A DNA stretch of 64,000 bases from Promethearchaeota archaeon (GCA_048937405.1 JBHLNF010000003.1:256001-320000), one strand, 5' to 3'. Counted from the first letter of the stretch, positions 10,440 to 21,470 are shown. Notes: a model not told the origin generated them from the letters alone. A program made the numbers and translations.

Positions 10440-10535
10440 CTTTAAAGGAATAAAAATAATAGTTAAAAGTAATTTTTTATTAGAAATCCATAGTAATAAA
10501 TTCTTTATCTAATTTATTAGAAAAAAAGGAATTTT

Positions 10536-12728
10536 TTAAAGATTTAATTTTTGTTTCCATATTTTCATAGATAATTTTAATTCTTCTCTTTCTGGTCGAC
10601 TTAAGATTTCAGGATTGCTTTTAAGTTCAGTGCTAGTAGAATGAATACTTTTCAATATACTACTATAACCTTCCAATTTAACAAATTCATTTTGAAATCT
10701 TTCTAATGCTAATGAGATTTCTGTACCGGTCATATTATCCATATTGTTAACAATTTCATCAAATTTATTTGATAAAATTACCGCCTTAGGTGCTTCAGTT
10801 GTGTCTTTTTCTTCAGGAGGAGTAACACCTTCTTTAGGGGGAATAGTAATTGCTGGTGTCGATACAAAAGGTTCTTCTTTTAATGGTTCTTCCAAACCAG
10901 GTTTTTTTATAGTTCGAATGATTTCTTTTCGAGCTCCTACCCAAGCATCTTCAAGTATGGGGACAAAAATTTTGATATGCTCCTCAATTATACTCCCAAT
11001 TCCAGCAATTTCTGTCACATCTTCTCCTCGAAATTCTGTTTTTGAAAGCACACAAAGGATAACTTCTTCATAGTCTTTATTAATCCCCCATAAATTTTGT
11101 AAAGCTCGATTTCTATAATCAACGTTATCCATCTTATCCATTTCTTGCATAATTTGATTATGTTCATAACTTGTCGTATCTATATATGTAGCAATTCTGA
11201 AGTTTATTCGGGATGGTCTGGCTTTAATTGCTTCAATATCAATATCAGAAAGATTTGGTGCTACTATTAAAACTCGCATCTTGGCTTTTAATATTTCCTC
11301 AGTTATGTGAGCTTTCGCACTTTCTGGAGAACGAATAAACCAGATATCTTTCATAGTGAAACCCCTCTTACCTTTAGCTTGATCCCAAAATTCTCTAGTG
11401 GTTATTTCGCTGACTTCTAACCTTCTCAAAATATCCGATAGTGTATTATCTAGTGTATCCACAATTCCTTTTGAGAAAATATCTCTAATATTACCAAATG
11501 ATTGAAATATACCTCCAGAAAGGCCATCAATTCTTTCTTCAGCTAACTTTACTGCTTTATTAAAATTATCAGAAATTTCTCCAAAAACTTTCTCTTTATC
11601 TTCCCCTGATTTAGCAGTTATACTTTCGACATTTTTAACCGCATCTGTTAATGAGTCTTTCATTTTTGCTATAATTTCTGTATTAATTCCTTCTGTTGCT
11701 TTTTTTAACTCATCAGCGAAAACTGTTTGACTTACACTCAATTGAACGTTAAGATTATCGGTAATATCTTTTAAACGATTTTCAATAACTTTATCAATTA
11801 CATCACCTACAGCTTGTTGAATTACTCCTAAACGTAATTTCTGTAAATTATCCGTTACTGTTTTTTTAATATCCCCAAATTGATTTTTTAGATCAGCAAC
11901 TTGATTTCTGATTATTTGAGATGTTTTCGTATTAAGATTTTCAAATTGTTTTGTTAAAGAGCTAATTTGATCATCTGGGAGAGTTTTAGAAAGATCTCCT
12001 AACTGAGAAATATCTTCAGTTATATTTCTTATTTGATCGATTGCTGAAATAGTATCATCAAATTCTTTTTGTTGAGCGTGGATTTGAGAGAGCATTTTTT
12101 CCTTTAAATCTGACATTATCTCAGTAGAATCTTTAACTTTTTCCATATCTTGTGCTTCTGTTTCAAGTTGAGCAAAGGATTTTTCTAACTGCTTAGGTAT
12201 AGTGGATTTTATATCTGAGATATATGAATAAAAATTCTTTAATTGTGCTATTAGAGCCGCGTATGGAGGTAAAGCTTGATAGTGAGGAGTTGCACCAATA
12301 ATTTCCTTGAATAACCCTTTTTCAAGAAATTTATCTGCAATTTTTTTACATTCTTCTTTAGGTTTGTTAATGAGAATCGCCATTTCTCCAATAGAAACTG
12401 CCTCTCGTCCAGTGGTTCGAAAATATAGCTCAATTTCTTCATCTGAAAGATCTATTTCACTTAAAACTTGTCTGGTTAACTCTTTTGAATATTCAACTTG
12501 CTCTTCCTTTTCTATAACATCTTTTATTTCAAAATTCTCAACTTCTAAATATTGATTTATAAAGACTGTTAATTTATGAGGTGGCTCACCATGAACATCC
12601 TCTTTTTTAATTGGAAACTTTTTTATATCTCTGTATTGATCAACCGAAATTGGAAATTTGATTTCTTTTAAACAGATTTTACATGTAACTGCAACATCAA
12701 CTACATCTTTATCTTTAAATAAGTACAT
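10536..12728 (-). CDS. Multidomain protein: CxxC/His putative Zn module, TrmB-like wHTH, long coiled coil, TrmB/PLD-like domain, C-terminal helical domain
   Basis: CKIC...HGEPPH; DLSDEEIELYF...FLEKGLF...YQALPP (TrmB-like); ~300 aa helical region; ILKAKMRVLIVAP; Pro-rich linker. Confidence 0.6.
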   Translation of the reverse strand: MYLFKDKDVVDVAVTCKICLKEIKFPISVDQYRDIKKFPIKKEDVHGEPPHKLTVFINQYLEVENFEIKDVIEKEEQVEYSKELTRQVLSEIDLSDEEIELYFRTTGREAVSIGEMAILINKPKEECKKIADKFLEKGLFKEIIGATPHYQALPPYAALIAQLKNFYSYISDIKSTIPKQLEKSFAQLETEAQDMEKVKDSTEIMSDLKEKMLSQIHAQQKEFDDTISAIDQIRNITEDISQLGDLSKTLPDDQISSLTKQFENLNTKTSQIIRNQVADLKNQFGDIKKTVTDNLQKLRLGVIQQAVGDVIDKVIENRLKDITDNLNVQLSVSQTVFADELKKATEGINTEIIAKMKDSLTDAVKNVESITAKSGEDKEKVFGEISDNFNKAVKLAEERIDGLSGGIFQSFGNIRDIFSKGIVDTLDNTLSDILRRLEVSEITTREFWDQAKGKRGFTMKDIWFIRSPESAKAHITEEILKAKMRVLIVAPNLSDIDIEAIKARPSRINFRIATYIDTTSYEHNQIMQEMDKMDNVDYRNRALQNLWGINKDYEEVILCVLSKTEFRGEDVTEIAGIGSIIEEHIKIFVPILEDAWVGARKEIIRTIKKPGLEEPLKEEPFVSTPAITIPPKEGVTPPEEKDTTEAPKAVILSNKFDEIVNNMDNMTGTEISLALERFQNEFVKLEGYSSILKSIHSTSTELKSNPEILSRPEREELKLSMKIWKQKLNL

Positions 12729-12761
12729 TTTTTATAATCATCTCTTGCTAATTTATTTATT

Positions 12762-14015
12762 TTAAAATTCAACTTTTTCAGGATAGGTTATTTCTAGCAA
12801 ACTTAATGCTTTTTTTGCAATTTCATATGTAATATCGCCATCAGTTTCTTGACTTTTATATGCTGCTCTTATTTTAGGAAGTAAATATTCTGGAAATATT
12901 ATTAAAGGTTTTATATCTGTTAATAGACAAATCCATTTTCTATCATTCTTATCTATAACTTCTGTGATAATATTTAAATTTTTTAAATCCTCTAATAATA
13001 TCTCGGTTACAGCAAACTCTGAGAATATTTTTGGAATTTTATCCAATGGATAATGATTGTGCCTCATTAATACAAAAAAATCATAAACATCAGGATTTAA
13101 AAGAATTGAGGCAATTTTTTTTGTTTCTTCTAATGTTTCTGTATATGGATCGTAATTTGAAAAGAAATCTACAACTTTTTGTCTGTAGAGTGGTAAGAGT
13201 TCATTATTAGTTTCACTAAAATGGTTTAATAAATTTTCATTAGGGATACGACTAAGTATTAAGTCTTTTACAAGAAATAAATATTCTCCTTGGTGAGTAA
13301 TTTGTCCTGTTTTCTTATTTTTCTCTCCTTTTATCCAATCTCTACGAATAATATTCAATTCCAAAAACGGTTGAAGTAAAATGTCAATATTCACATTAGT
13401 ACTCATTTTATCTAAAGTTTTTTTTATTTCCTTTTTTGATGTTGGTGATTCCCGTAATATCTCTAAGATTTTTAATCTCTCAGGACTATTATAGATCAAT
13501 GCTGTTTTTTGAAGTTTATCTAAATTGGATAATCGATCTATTTGAAATATGGTGAATTTTAATTCGTTTTTCAATCTTATATTAATATTTTCAATTAAGG
13601 AGAGTTGTTTTGAGTTTCTCGCTCTTGTTAATTTATCAAAAATAGTATCTAATCGATCTCCCATTGTTTTAATCAAATCTTCAAAAATCGCTATTTCATC
13701 ATCTAATTCAAAGATAGAAATTGCGAGATATTGGGTTCCATCAGCAACCTGCTTAAAATAAGACATTACTTGATATGGTGTTTCTTTTAACCTTCCTTCA
13801 TAATAATTGCTATAACTATATTTTACACTGGAAAGTCCTGTAGTGTGCTGATAAAAAATCGCAAATATGTCATTTTCATCAAGCAATTCTGAAAAATTAT
13901 TTTCATCATACTCATCTTCCCGAAATACTAATTGATTCGGTTCGAATTCTGGTTCTATTTCTCCCGTCTCTTTCTGATTTATTTTGAACTGAAATGCTAA
14001 TATTCCTTGGATCAC
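12762..14015 (-). CDS. Putative longin-like domain plus two winged-helix domains
   Basis: Alpha/beta N-terminus; ERLKILEILRESP...FLELNII and YDFFVLMRH...LKNLNII are repeated wHTH-like units; 33 bp upstream of the 730-aa gene. Confidence 0.5.
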   Translation of the reverse strand: MIQGILAFQFKINQKETGEIEPEFEPNQLVFREDEYDENNFSELLDENDIFAIFYQHTTGLSSVKYSYSNYYEGRLKETPYQVMSYFKQVADGTQYLAISIFELDDEIAIFEDLIKTMGDRLDTIFDKLTRARNSKQLSLIENINIRLKNELKFTIFQIDRLSNLDKLQKTALIYNSPERLKILEILRESPTSKKEIKKTLDKMSTNVNIDILLQPFLELNIIRRDWIKGEKNKKTGQITHQGEYLFLVKDLILSRIPNENLLNHFSETNNELLPLYRQKVVDFFSNYDPYTETLEETKKIASILLNPDVYDFFVLMRHNHYPLDKIPKIFSEFAVTEILLEDLKNLNIITEVIDKNDRKWICLLTDIKPLIIFPEYLLPKIRAAYKSQETDGDITYEIAKKALSLLEITYPEKVEF

Positions 14016-14481
14016 TTATATCACTTTAAAATGTTGATAAATATATATTTTGAATTAAAATTTTTAAATTCTTTCTTAAGTATTTTTATTATTAATATTT
14101 AATTAAAGTTTATTCAAATTAAATCAGTTTATATATTAGTATTTGGAAATGATTTATTCATTTCCCTAAATGAAAATTATAAGTAAACATAGAAGGAATA
14201 ATTTCTATTTAATTATTAATTATATGTATTATTTCCTTACTAAATTTACAGATAGGACTGAGTTCTTAAAATAGGATTTATAAAGGTTCAAAATCAATTT
14301 AATGACTATTTAGTCCTTGTTTGATTTACCCTTTAATTTATATAATATGATTTCTTAATGAATTTCATATCAGAATAGATTTCAGAATAATTCAAGATCA
14401 AGTGGCAAATTATTTATTAAATAATTTAGTATACTACCTAAATAATAATTTTTTAATTAATAAACCAATGAATACCCAATT

Positions 14482-17400
14482 ATGACATCTAAAATAATTA
14501 AAAGAAAGGATTTTTCAGTTTTTAGTATTATTTGTATGATCATGTTATCATCCTTATTCATTTTATTAATATATACTAATCAGAATATTGATTCATCTTT
14601 TAATGATAAAAATAAAGAATCTGAATATAACAATTTTAGAAATCCTCAAATGTCAACAGCTAAAGAGAATCTTACTGCGATATGGTATAAGAATCCTGGT
14701 TTTGATGATCCAATTGAACCAACATGGTATTCAAAATTTGAAGGTGACCAATCAGATATAAATGCAACTTCTGGTTCTGGTCAAGCAAATTATGAGATTC
14801 TAGGTGAGACGAGAACTTACTCTCGAATAAACGGCACACCAACGTCGACATATTGGAAGAATGTTACAAATCCCGAACGTCCCGCTTTACCTGATTTTAA
14901 TGAAATCGATAATTATGGTTGTCATGTATCTCATACTTGGATAGATCCTGACGATCCTTCTCAGATGGTAAGTGTACATTGGGATAGAAATATTACTTTA
15001 CCAGTTGATATGTCAGATTATTTTATTACCTCAGTTTCATTAAGTGCAGAAGTAAATGCTACAGTTACCACTGTTGGCAGTGGTCCTCTTTATCGAGGTG
15101 GTGTAGACGTTGCTGGTGATAGTATTGATACAGCTAGCCCTGATTTTGCAAAAGAATATGATTATGTAAGGTTTTATGTATTGATTTCAGATTTAGAAAA
15201 AAATGATGTATTTGAAGCGGCTTATAATCAAACAACTAACCTAGGGCAAGACCCAGTTCCAGGTCCGAGTATCCCTAGTATATCAGATACAGTAATTTTT
15301 ACAAGACCAGAAGAAAGTTTAATATCATTTTTAAATACTGTTTTAGAGAATGATCCTAACCATGAATCATTTACATTGTCATTAGGAATGAGAATATTTT
15401 GTGCTGATAATGGACAAGGTGATCGAGATACATGGGACTCGCTTCGATTTAAATCTTGCAATTTTTCATTTACTTATGAGAAAAAGATTGATGAATTTAC
15501 GACTGGATCATGGTGTCAAGATGGAGATAAAATAACTCAGGTCGTTAATGACACATATGTTACTATTAATGATGCGAAATTGAATTTTAAGTATAAAATA
15601 AATGAAGATTGGACCGATTTATCTCCAAACTCAGAAATTAGAATTTATATAAATAACAATAAACTTCCTGAGGTACTTAATCTTAGTAAAGCTACTACAA
15701 GCTTTCAATTAGCTAATAACCTAGGAGGTTTCGATGTATATGATATTATTAACTATGATATTTACCTAAATCTCTCTATTCAAGTTTATCTTGCAGAGAA
15801 TTTTCATTTAGGCACTAAGAAGATTATATCGATAGATGATGTTTATTTGAATATTTCCTATACAGTTGAATTTCCCGAATATCAAACAGATATTGAAGTA
15901 TATTTTAATAATAACAATATAACAGCCAATCCTATATTCGAAATATCAGCTAAGACAGACCTAAATATCACAATTAAATATCCTGATGAATTTGGGATTC
16001 ATATTCCTCAAGCAGTTGTAAATTTAATTGGAAATTTAACAGCTACCTTAATTGAGGATGATCTCCGAGGACAATATACAATTATTCTCAATACTGAAGA
16101 TTTACCTATAGGACAAATATACTTTAATATGTTAGCACACAGAATAAACTATGAAGCTCAACAGCTTGGTGCCCTATTAATTATTTCTAAAATAGAGACA
16201 GAAAAGATACAGTTATTTATAGATGGCGAAGAAAAGACAACTTTACCATCTGTGGACGTTCCTCTGCAAAAGTCATTAAATATAACAGTTAAATATAAAG
16301 ATACCATAGGAGATCATGTTCCTGGTGCAACAATTCAATTAGTTGGCGATGGAGTATTTGAAAATTTAGATGAATCTTTAGAATTTGAGCAATATTCAAT
16401 AATACTTAATACAACATTGAAGTTTAGATTAGGTCTTAATGATTTATCAATCAATGCTCAAAAAGATAGATATGAGGAACAAAGTGCATATCCAAAAATT
16501 ACGGTACGAAAGATCAATACCCTAATTACACCCGTTTCTGGCTCCAATAATATAAATATTAAGCCAGGACAGAATGCGGATATTAGTGTAATTATTAATG
16601 ATGCAGACTTTAATGAAACCATTAAAGGAGCAATAGTTACTTATACTTGGGAATTTGGAAATGGTATTTTAACTGATGATAATAATGATGGTATATATGA
16701 GGAAATTTTAGAAAATGTACCTTCTGGTACGCATTCAGTTAATATTACCGTTTATAAAAGCGATATTTATAATTTTGAAAGTTATGAATTCATAATCTAT
16801 GCTTTGAGACCAAAACAGGATTTACTTCTTTTCCAAATATTATTGATAATAGGTATTATAGTTTCAATAGGAATAGGAGGTTATCTTTATGCATATCAAA
16901 AAGTATTAAAATATCCTAAACAAGTCAGAAAAGTTCGTAAGTATCGAAAAACCCTAAATAAAAAACATGCACCTAATATTAGTATAAATGACCGTGAAAA
17001 AAGTTTTAATTCTGAGTATAAACAAGAAGTAAAAAATTCATCAAAATTTATAAGAGGTAAACCTTCAATTAAAAAACCTGAAGAAAGTGGAAAACAAAAA
17101 AAAAAATCGGAAAAATCTGACATAAAGCTAGGATCTAAAAATGAGGTCGACTCAAATATAAAAATGAGTGATGTAAATCTCAATAACCAAAAATCATATC
17201 ATAGAAAAACTTTAAAAAGGCTAAGAAAATTAAAGTTTGGAATTCTTAAATTAAAAAAATTCCAAAAATTCATGTCAATTTTAATAATAACAATTTTACT
17301 ATTCAATTTTCTTATTGTTAGTCATTATCTCTACCAAAATTCAAAAAATTCATTCTATTCCCAAAAAGATGATTTTAAAGATAATCTTGGTATATCAGGA

Positions 17401-19944
17401 CAAAAGATTTATAGTAATATACAATGGCTAAATGATACATCCTTTGAAAATAATTTAATTCCAAATCCTTTCTGGTTTGAATCCTATGGAAATATAGGGG
17501 ATAATTCTGATGTTAGCGCAAAACTAGAATATACTGATAACTATGCAAATTTGACTGTTATAGGAGAAAACCACACTTTTTCGGATATCTCAGGAACTCC
17601 TCTTATTAGTAATTGGATAAGAGTTAATAATCCTGACTATCCTGATCTTCCAGATGATTCTGATATTACTGCAGAAGGATGTTGGGTTACCCATTACTGG
17701 AATGAAAGATCTGATCAATCTCCGAGTGTTCATTGGGATCAAAATGTTACAGTAGATCATGATATGTCAGATTACATAATTACATCAGTAAACTTAAGTG
17801 TTCTAGTCAATGCTACGGTTCAAGGTAATAACCCAGAAGGAGGAGGAATTGATATTGATGGTGATCCTAGTGTTTTTGGAGATACATATGATTATGTTAA
17901 ATTTTATGTATTATTTTCTGACATACCTAAGAATAAAGTATATGAGGTTGCTTCTTATCAATCAACAGACTTGGGGAATGATAGCGCCGGAACATGGGAT
18001 TATCTTTATGATACCTATTTGGATAATGTACCTCAAGATAGATTAATTGAATATCTCACTTCAGTCTTAAATACTGATAATAGAAACTTCACAATTACCT
18101 TAGGTATAAGGTTATGGTGTGAAGATAGTTCAACTGATGATATAGATAATTGGGATGAGCTATTAATTAAAAGTTGTAATTTTTCATTTACATATGAGAA
18201 AAAAATAAATCGATTTACAACTGTATCATGGAATCAAGATGCCCAGAAAATTAGCGATATCAGCCATTTTGAGAACGAAACGATAGTTCTTAATGAAGCA
18301 ATACTTAATTTCACATATAGAATTGATCCCAATTGGACCCAATCATCAATTAATTCTAAATTAAGAATTCTTATAAATAATAATCCCCATACCGAGACAA
18401 TTGAATTAAATACTACTAATGGAGATTTCCAGCCAGCAAAAATCGAAGGATTTGATGTCACTCATCTAATAATCGATGATATTAATGTGTCAATACAACT
18501 TTTTCTAGCAGATGAATTTAGTTTAGATCATAATATTACTATCTCCATAGACGATGTTGAGCTTAATATCACTTACACAATAATTTCTCCTCCTCAACTA
18601 ACTGATTTACAGTTATTTTTAAATGGTGACCCTACCCCTAGTTTAGAATTATATGTAGGGCAGCAATTAAATATCACAGTGAAATATGTAAATAAAACGG
18701 GTGAGCATATTCCCAACGCCACGATTTCACTTTCAGGTAATTTTACTGGAATTTTGGTAGAAAATAAATCATTGGAACAATATACTATCATTTTAGATAC
18801 AGAAATAGAAGACGTTGGTGCCAATTTCCTCACGATTATAGCTTATGCTGAAGATTATGAAATACAAGAAATATATCCTGCAATAACAATAAAGAAATAT
18901 CCCTCGCAAGGTCTACACGTAATCTTAAATAATGAAAATGTGACTACTGATCCGCAATTTGAACTCAACCTTGATGAAGAATTAAATATCACAATAAAAT
19001 ATCTAGATTCAATGGGCAATTTTATACCTAATGCTAGTGTAAGATTAATATCCGAAGGAATAACAAAAGATCTAAATGAAAGCTCAATATTCGATCAATA
19101 TAGTACTATTATTAATACATCTGATAGATTAAGAGTTGGTCTGAATTATTTGACAATTGAAGCTCAACACCAAATTTATGAAACTAACTCTTCAATTATA
19201 AGGCTTTATATTAGAAAATTTAACGTAGATATTTCTCCAGTATCAGGATCAAATAGAATAGAAATAAAAGCAGGTGGAGATATCAATTTAAGAATAAATT
19301 TGAATAATACTGATATTGAAGAATTAGTGAAAGGTGCTATTGTTACTTTTGTTTGGGAGGAAGGAGATGGGATTCTAACGGATTCTGATAATGATGGTAT
19401 TTATGAGGGAACTATTGAAGATATTCCAGAAGGTGCTTTTACTATTACTATCTCAGGTTTTGCAGGTGATGAATATGATATTCAAAATTATGATTTAACT
19501 ATCATAGCAATAGGAGAATCCCATCCTGAAACAACATTATTTCATATTTTATTCATTCTGTCTGTTATATTAATAATTGGACTACTAAGTTATCTAATTG
19601 CTTATCAAACCTATTTGAAATATCCAAGACAAGTACGAAAAGTAAGAAAATATAGAAAAACTTTGAAACGTGAACGAGATCCTAGTGTTTTTATTATGGG
19701 GCGAGAAGATACCTTTAAAAAACTCTATAGGAAAAATTTAATTTTTCTTCATATTCCTAAATTGAAAAGCCCCCCTTCAAAATCCTCATCTCAGGAAAAA
19801 AAGAAGACTTCTGATAAATTAGAAGCTGAAAAGGAAACCCAGAAGGTAGAATCTGAAAAATTAATTGAAAAGTCTCTAGAAAAGAAAGAAGAATTGGACA
19901 GAATAGTTGATAAATCACCAGATGAAAATTCCAAATCTGCTTAA
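14482..19944 (+). CDS. Giant internally duplicated membrane-anchored surface (glyco)protein with Ig-like repeats
   Basis: Two homologous halves (KSCNFSFTYEKKI identical in both); 4 TM segments; many N-x-S/T sequons; DxxNDGIYE loops. Confidence 0.85.
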   Translation: MTSKIIKRKDFSVFSIICMIMLSSLFILLIYTNQNIDSSFNDKNKESEYNNFRNPQMSTAKENLTAIWYKNPGFDDPIEPTWYSKFEGDQSDINATSGSGQANYEILGETRTYSRINGTPTSTYWKNVTNPERPALPDFNEIDNYGCHVSHTWIDPDDPSQMVSVHWDRNITLPVDMSDYFITSVSLSAEVNATVTTVGSGPLYRGGVDVAGDSIDTASPDFAKEYDYVRFYVLISDLEKNDVFEAAYNQTTNLGQDPVPGPSIPSISDTVIFTRPEESLISFLNTVLENDPNHESFTLSLGMRIFCADNGQGDRDTWDSLRFKSCNFSFTYEKKIDEFTTGSWCQDGDKITQVVNDTYVTINDAKLNFKYKINEDWTDLSPNSEIRIYINNNKLPEVLNLSKATTSFQLANNLGGFDVYDIINYDIYLNLSIQVYLAENFHLGTKKIISIDDVYLNISYTVEFPEYQTDIEVYFNNNNITANPIFEISAKTDLNITIKYPDEFGIHIPQAVVNLIGNLTATLIEDDLRGQYTIILNTEDLPIGQIYFNMLAHRINYEAQQLGALLIISKIETEKIQLFIDGEEKTTLPSVDVPLQKSLNITVKYKDTIGDHVPGATIQLVGDGVFENLDESLEFEQYSIILNTTLKFRLGLNDLSINAQKDRYEEQSAYPKITVRKINTLITPVSGSNNINIKPGQNADISVIINDADFNETIKGAIVTYTWEFGNGILTDDNNDGIYEEILENVPSGTHSVNITVYKSDIYNFESYEFIIYALRPKQDLLLFQILLIIGIIVSIGIGGYLYAYQKVLKYPKQVRKVRKYRKTLNKKHAPNISINDREKSFNSEYKQEVKNSSKFIRGKPSIKKPEESGKQKKKSEKSDIKLGSKNEVDSNIKMSDVNLNNQKSYHRKTLKRLRKLKFGILKLKKFQKFMSILIITILLFNFLIVSHYLYQNSKNSFYSQKDDFKDNLGISGQKIYSNIQWLNDTSFENNLIPNPFWFESYGNIGDNSDVSAKLEYTDNYANLTVIGENHTFSDISGTPLISNWIRVNNPDYPDLPDDSDITAEGCWVTHYWNERSDQSPSVHWDQNVTVDHDMSDYIITSVNLSVLVNATVQGNNPEGGGIDIDGDPSVFGDTYDYVKFYVLFSDIPKNKVYEVASYQSTDLGNDSAGTWDYLYDTYLDNVPQDRLIEYLTSVLNTDNRNFTITLGIRLWCEDSSTDDIDNWDELLIKSCNFSFTYEKKINRFTTVSWNQDAQKISDISHFENETIVLNEAILNFTYRIDPNWTQSSINSKLRILINNNPHTETIELNTTNGDFQPAKIEGFDVTHLIIDDINVSIQLFLADEFSLDHNITISIDDVELNITYTIISPPQLTDLQLFLNGDPTPSLELYVGQQLNITVKYVNKTGEHIPNATISLSGNFTGILVENKSLEQYTIILDTEIEDVGANFLTIIAYAEDYEIQEIYPAITIKKYPSQGLHVILNNENVTTDPQFELNLDEELNITIKYLDSMGNFIPNASVRLISEGITKDLNESSIFDQYSTIINTSDRLRVGLNYLTIEAQHQIYETNSSIIRLYIRKFNVDISPVSGSNRIEIKAGGDINLRINLNNTDIEELVKGAIVTFVWEEGDGILTDSDNDGIYEGTIEDIPEGAFTITISGFAGDEYDIQNYDLTIIAIGESHPETTLFHILFILSVILIIGLLSYLIAYQTYLKYPRQVRKVRKYRKTLKRERDPSVFIMGREDTFKKLYRKNLIFLHIPKLKSPPSKSSSQEKKKTSDKLEAEKETQKVESEKLIEKSLEKKEELDRIVDKSPDENSKSA

Positions 19945-19962
19945 TTAACTTCTTTTTTCTTA

Positions 19963-20523
19963 TCACTTTTGCATATCGCGTTTTAATAGAGCTAATATTA
20001 TAGCATCATGATATTCTCCTTGAAAAATTAAATATTGTTTTAAAATTCCTTCAATAATAAAGCCGCATTTTTCAAAAAGAGAAACTGATCTATGGTTTTT
20101 AATTGCAATATATGCTTCAAGTCTATTCATTTTTAGATGATTAAAAGCGATTTTTTTAATTAAATTTAAGGATCTCTCTCCCAATCCTTTACCCCAAAAG
20201 GATGGAAGTAGCCAAATTCCAATTTGAGTTCTTTTATGTTGCCAATTAATATTCCAAAGACTTATTGAGCCGATTTTAATTTTATCAATATTATGTAATT
20301 CGATAATATAATTAAATTGAAGATATTTGTCCCAATATCTTAAATAATTTTTAATTAATCCTTTCGAATGCTCTAATGATTCTAATGGCCTCAAAGATAA
20401 GTAATTTGTCAAATCTTTTTCACTCAGACTATTGAAAAAGAAATCAGCATCGTTTTTCAAAACCTTTCTAAGAAAAAGGTTGTGATCTTCAATTACTTCA
20501 ACTATTTCTAAGTTATTTTTCAT
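19963..20523 (-). CDS. RimJ/RimL-family GNAT acetyltransferase
   Basis: IGIWLLPSFWGKGLG, NHRSVSLFEKCGFIIEG. Confidence 0.9.
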   Translation of the reverse strand: MKNNLEIVEVIEDHNLFLRKVLKNDADFFFNSLSEKDLTNYLSLRPLESLEHSKGLIKNYLRYWDKYLQFNYIIELHNIDKIKIGSISLWNINWQHKRTQIGIWLLPSFWGKGLGERSLNLIKKIAFNHLKMNRLEAYIAIKNHRSVSLFEKCGFIIEGILKQYLIFQGEYHDAIILALLKRDMQK

Positions 20524-20630
20524 ACTTGAACACTACAGAGTTCTATCTGTATAATAAAAAAAAGATATAATAAATCTTTCAAAAAAAAAGTTAAATAATT
20601 ATTATTGAATAAATAGGGAAATTCGAGAGT

Positions 20631-21470
20631 TTACATTCCCCCAGTGAATTTTGGTTCTCTTTTTTGTAGAAAGGCTTGGACACCTTCATTAACATCTTTA
20701 GATCCCGCATTTACTCCAAATCCTAACATTTCGAATTGGTTTCCAATTTCTATAGGTACTTGGGTTCCAAACTTTACTGCTTTCTTAATTAATAATAGAG
20801 CAGTTGTAGCTGCATTTCCTAACAATGAAGATTTTTCATGAATAAGCTTTTCAAATTCTTCACCCTCGTCGCATAGATAACTTACATGTCCCCATTCAAG
20901 CATTTTGTCTGCTGGAACACGCTCTCCAAAATAGCACATATTTAGCGCTCGATTCACTCCTATACGTCTTGCCATTCTTTGAGTACCTCCATTTCCAGGG
21001 AAAATACCTCTTGCTATTTCAGGAAATCCAAAAAATGATCTTTTAGTCGCAAGAATTATATCACAAACAAGAGTTAATTCACATCCTCCTCCAAAAGCAT
21101 AACCATCAACAGCTGCAATTACAGGTTTTGGAAATTGTTCAATCAAGCTATAATATCTGTGTTTTTGTTGCATAGAAATACTCCAATGAACTGGAATATT
21201 TGGTTTCATTCCTTTTCCCATAGGAGCAGCTAAATCAGCACCAGCAGAAAAAGCTGCTTTTTTTGTTACATTTTTTGTTCCTCGAATGACAATACATCTA
21301 ACAGTACTATCAAGCTCGAATTGTTCCATTGCTTCATAAATTTCTCTTAAAGTTTGCGTTGTTAGGGCATTTAATTTATCTGGTCTATTAATCGAAATTA
21401 CAGCATAATTACCTTCTTCATTCTTCTCTACTTCAACATGTTCAAATTTCTTTTCTGACATTCCTTCCAA
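20631..21470 (-). CDS. crt: Enoyl-CoA hydratase (crotonase)
   Basis: NRPDKLNAL, FSAGADL, GGGCEL, FPEIARGIFPGNGGTQR; both catalytic Glu present. Confidence 0.85.
   Translation of the reverse strand: MEGMSEKKFEHVEVEKNEEGNYAVISINRPDKLNALTTQTLREIYEAMEQFELDSTVRCIVIRGTKNVTKKAAFSAGADLAAPMGKGMKPNIPVHWSISMQQKHRYYSLIEQFPKPVIAAVDGYAFGGGCELTLVCDIILATKRSFFGFPEIARGIFPGNGGTQRMARRIGVNRALNMCYFGERVPADKMLEWGHVSYLCDEGEEFEKLIHEKSSLLGNAATTALLLIKKAVKFGTQVPIEIGNQFEMLGFGVNAGSKDVNEGVQAFLQKREPKFTGGM

Noticed and set aside
14016-14481. Long AT-rich intergenic regions (also 22825-23150 and 54107-54535) as origin, ncRNA or CRISPR
   Set aside because: No repeats, ORB-like motifs, GC-rich stems or adjacent cdc6/cas genes; consistent with divergent promoters.
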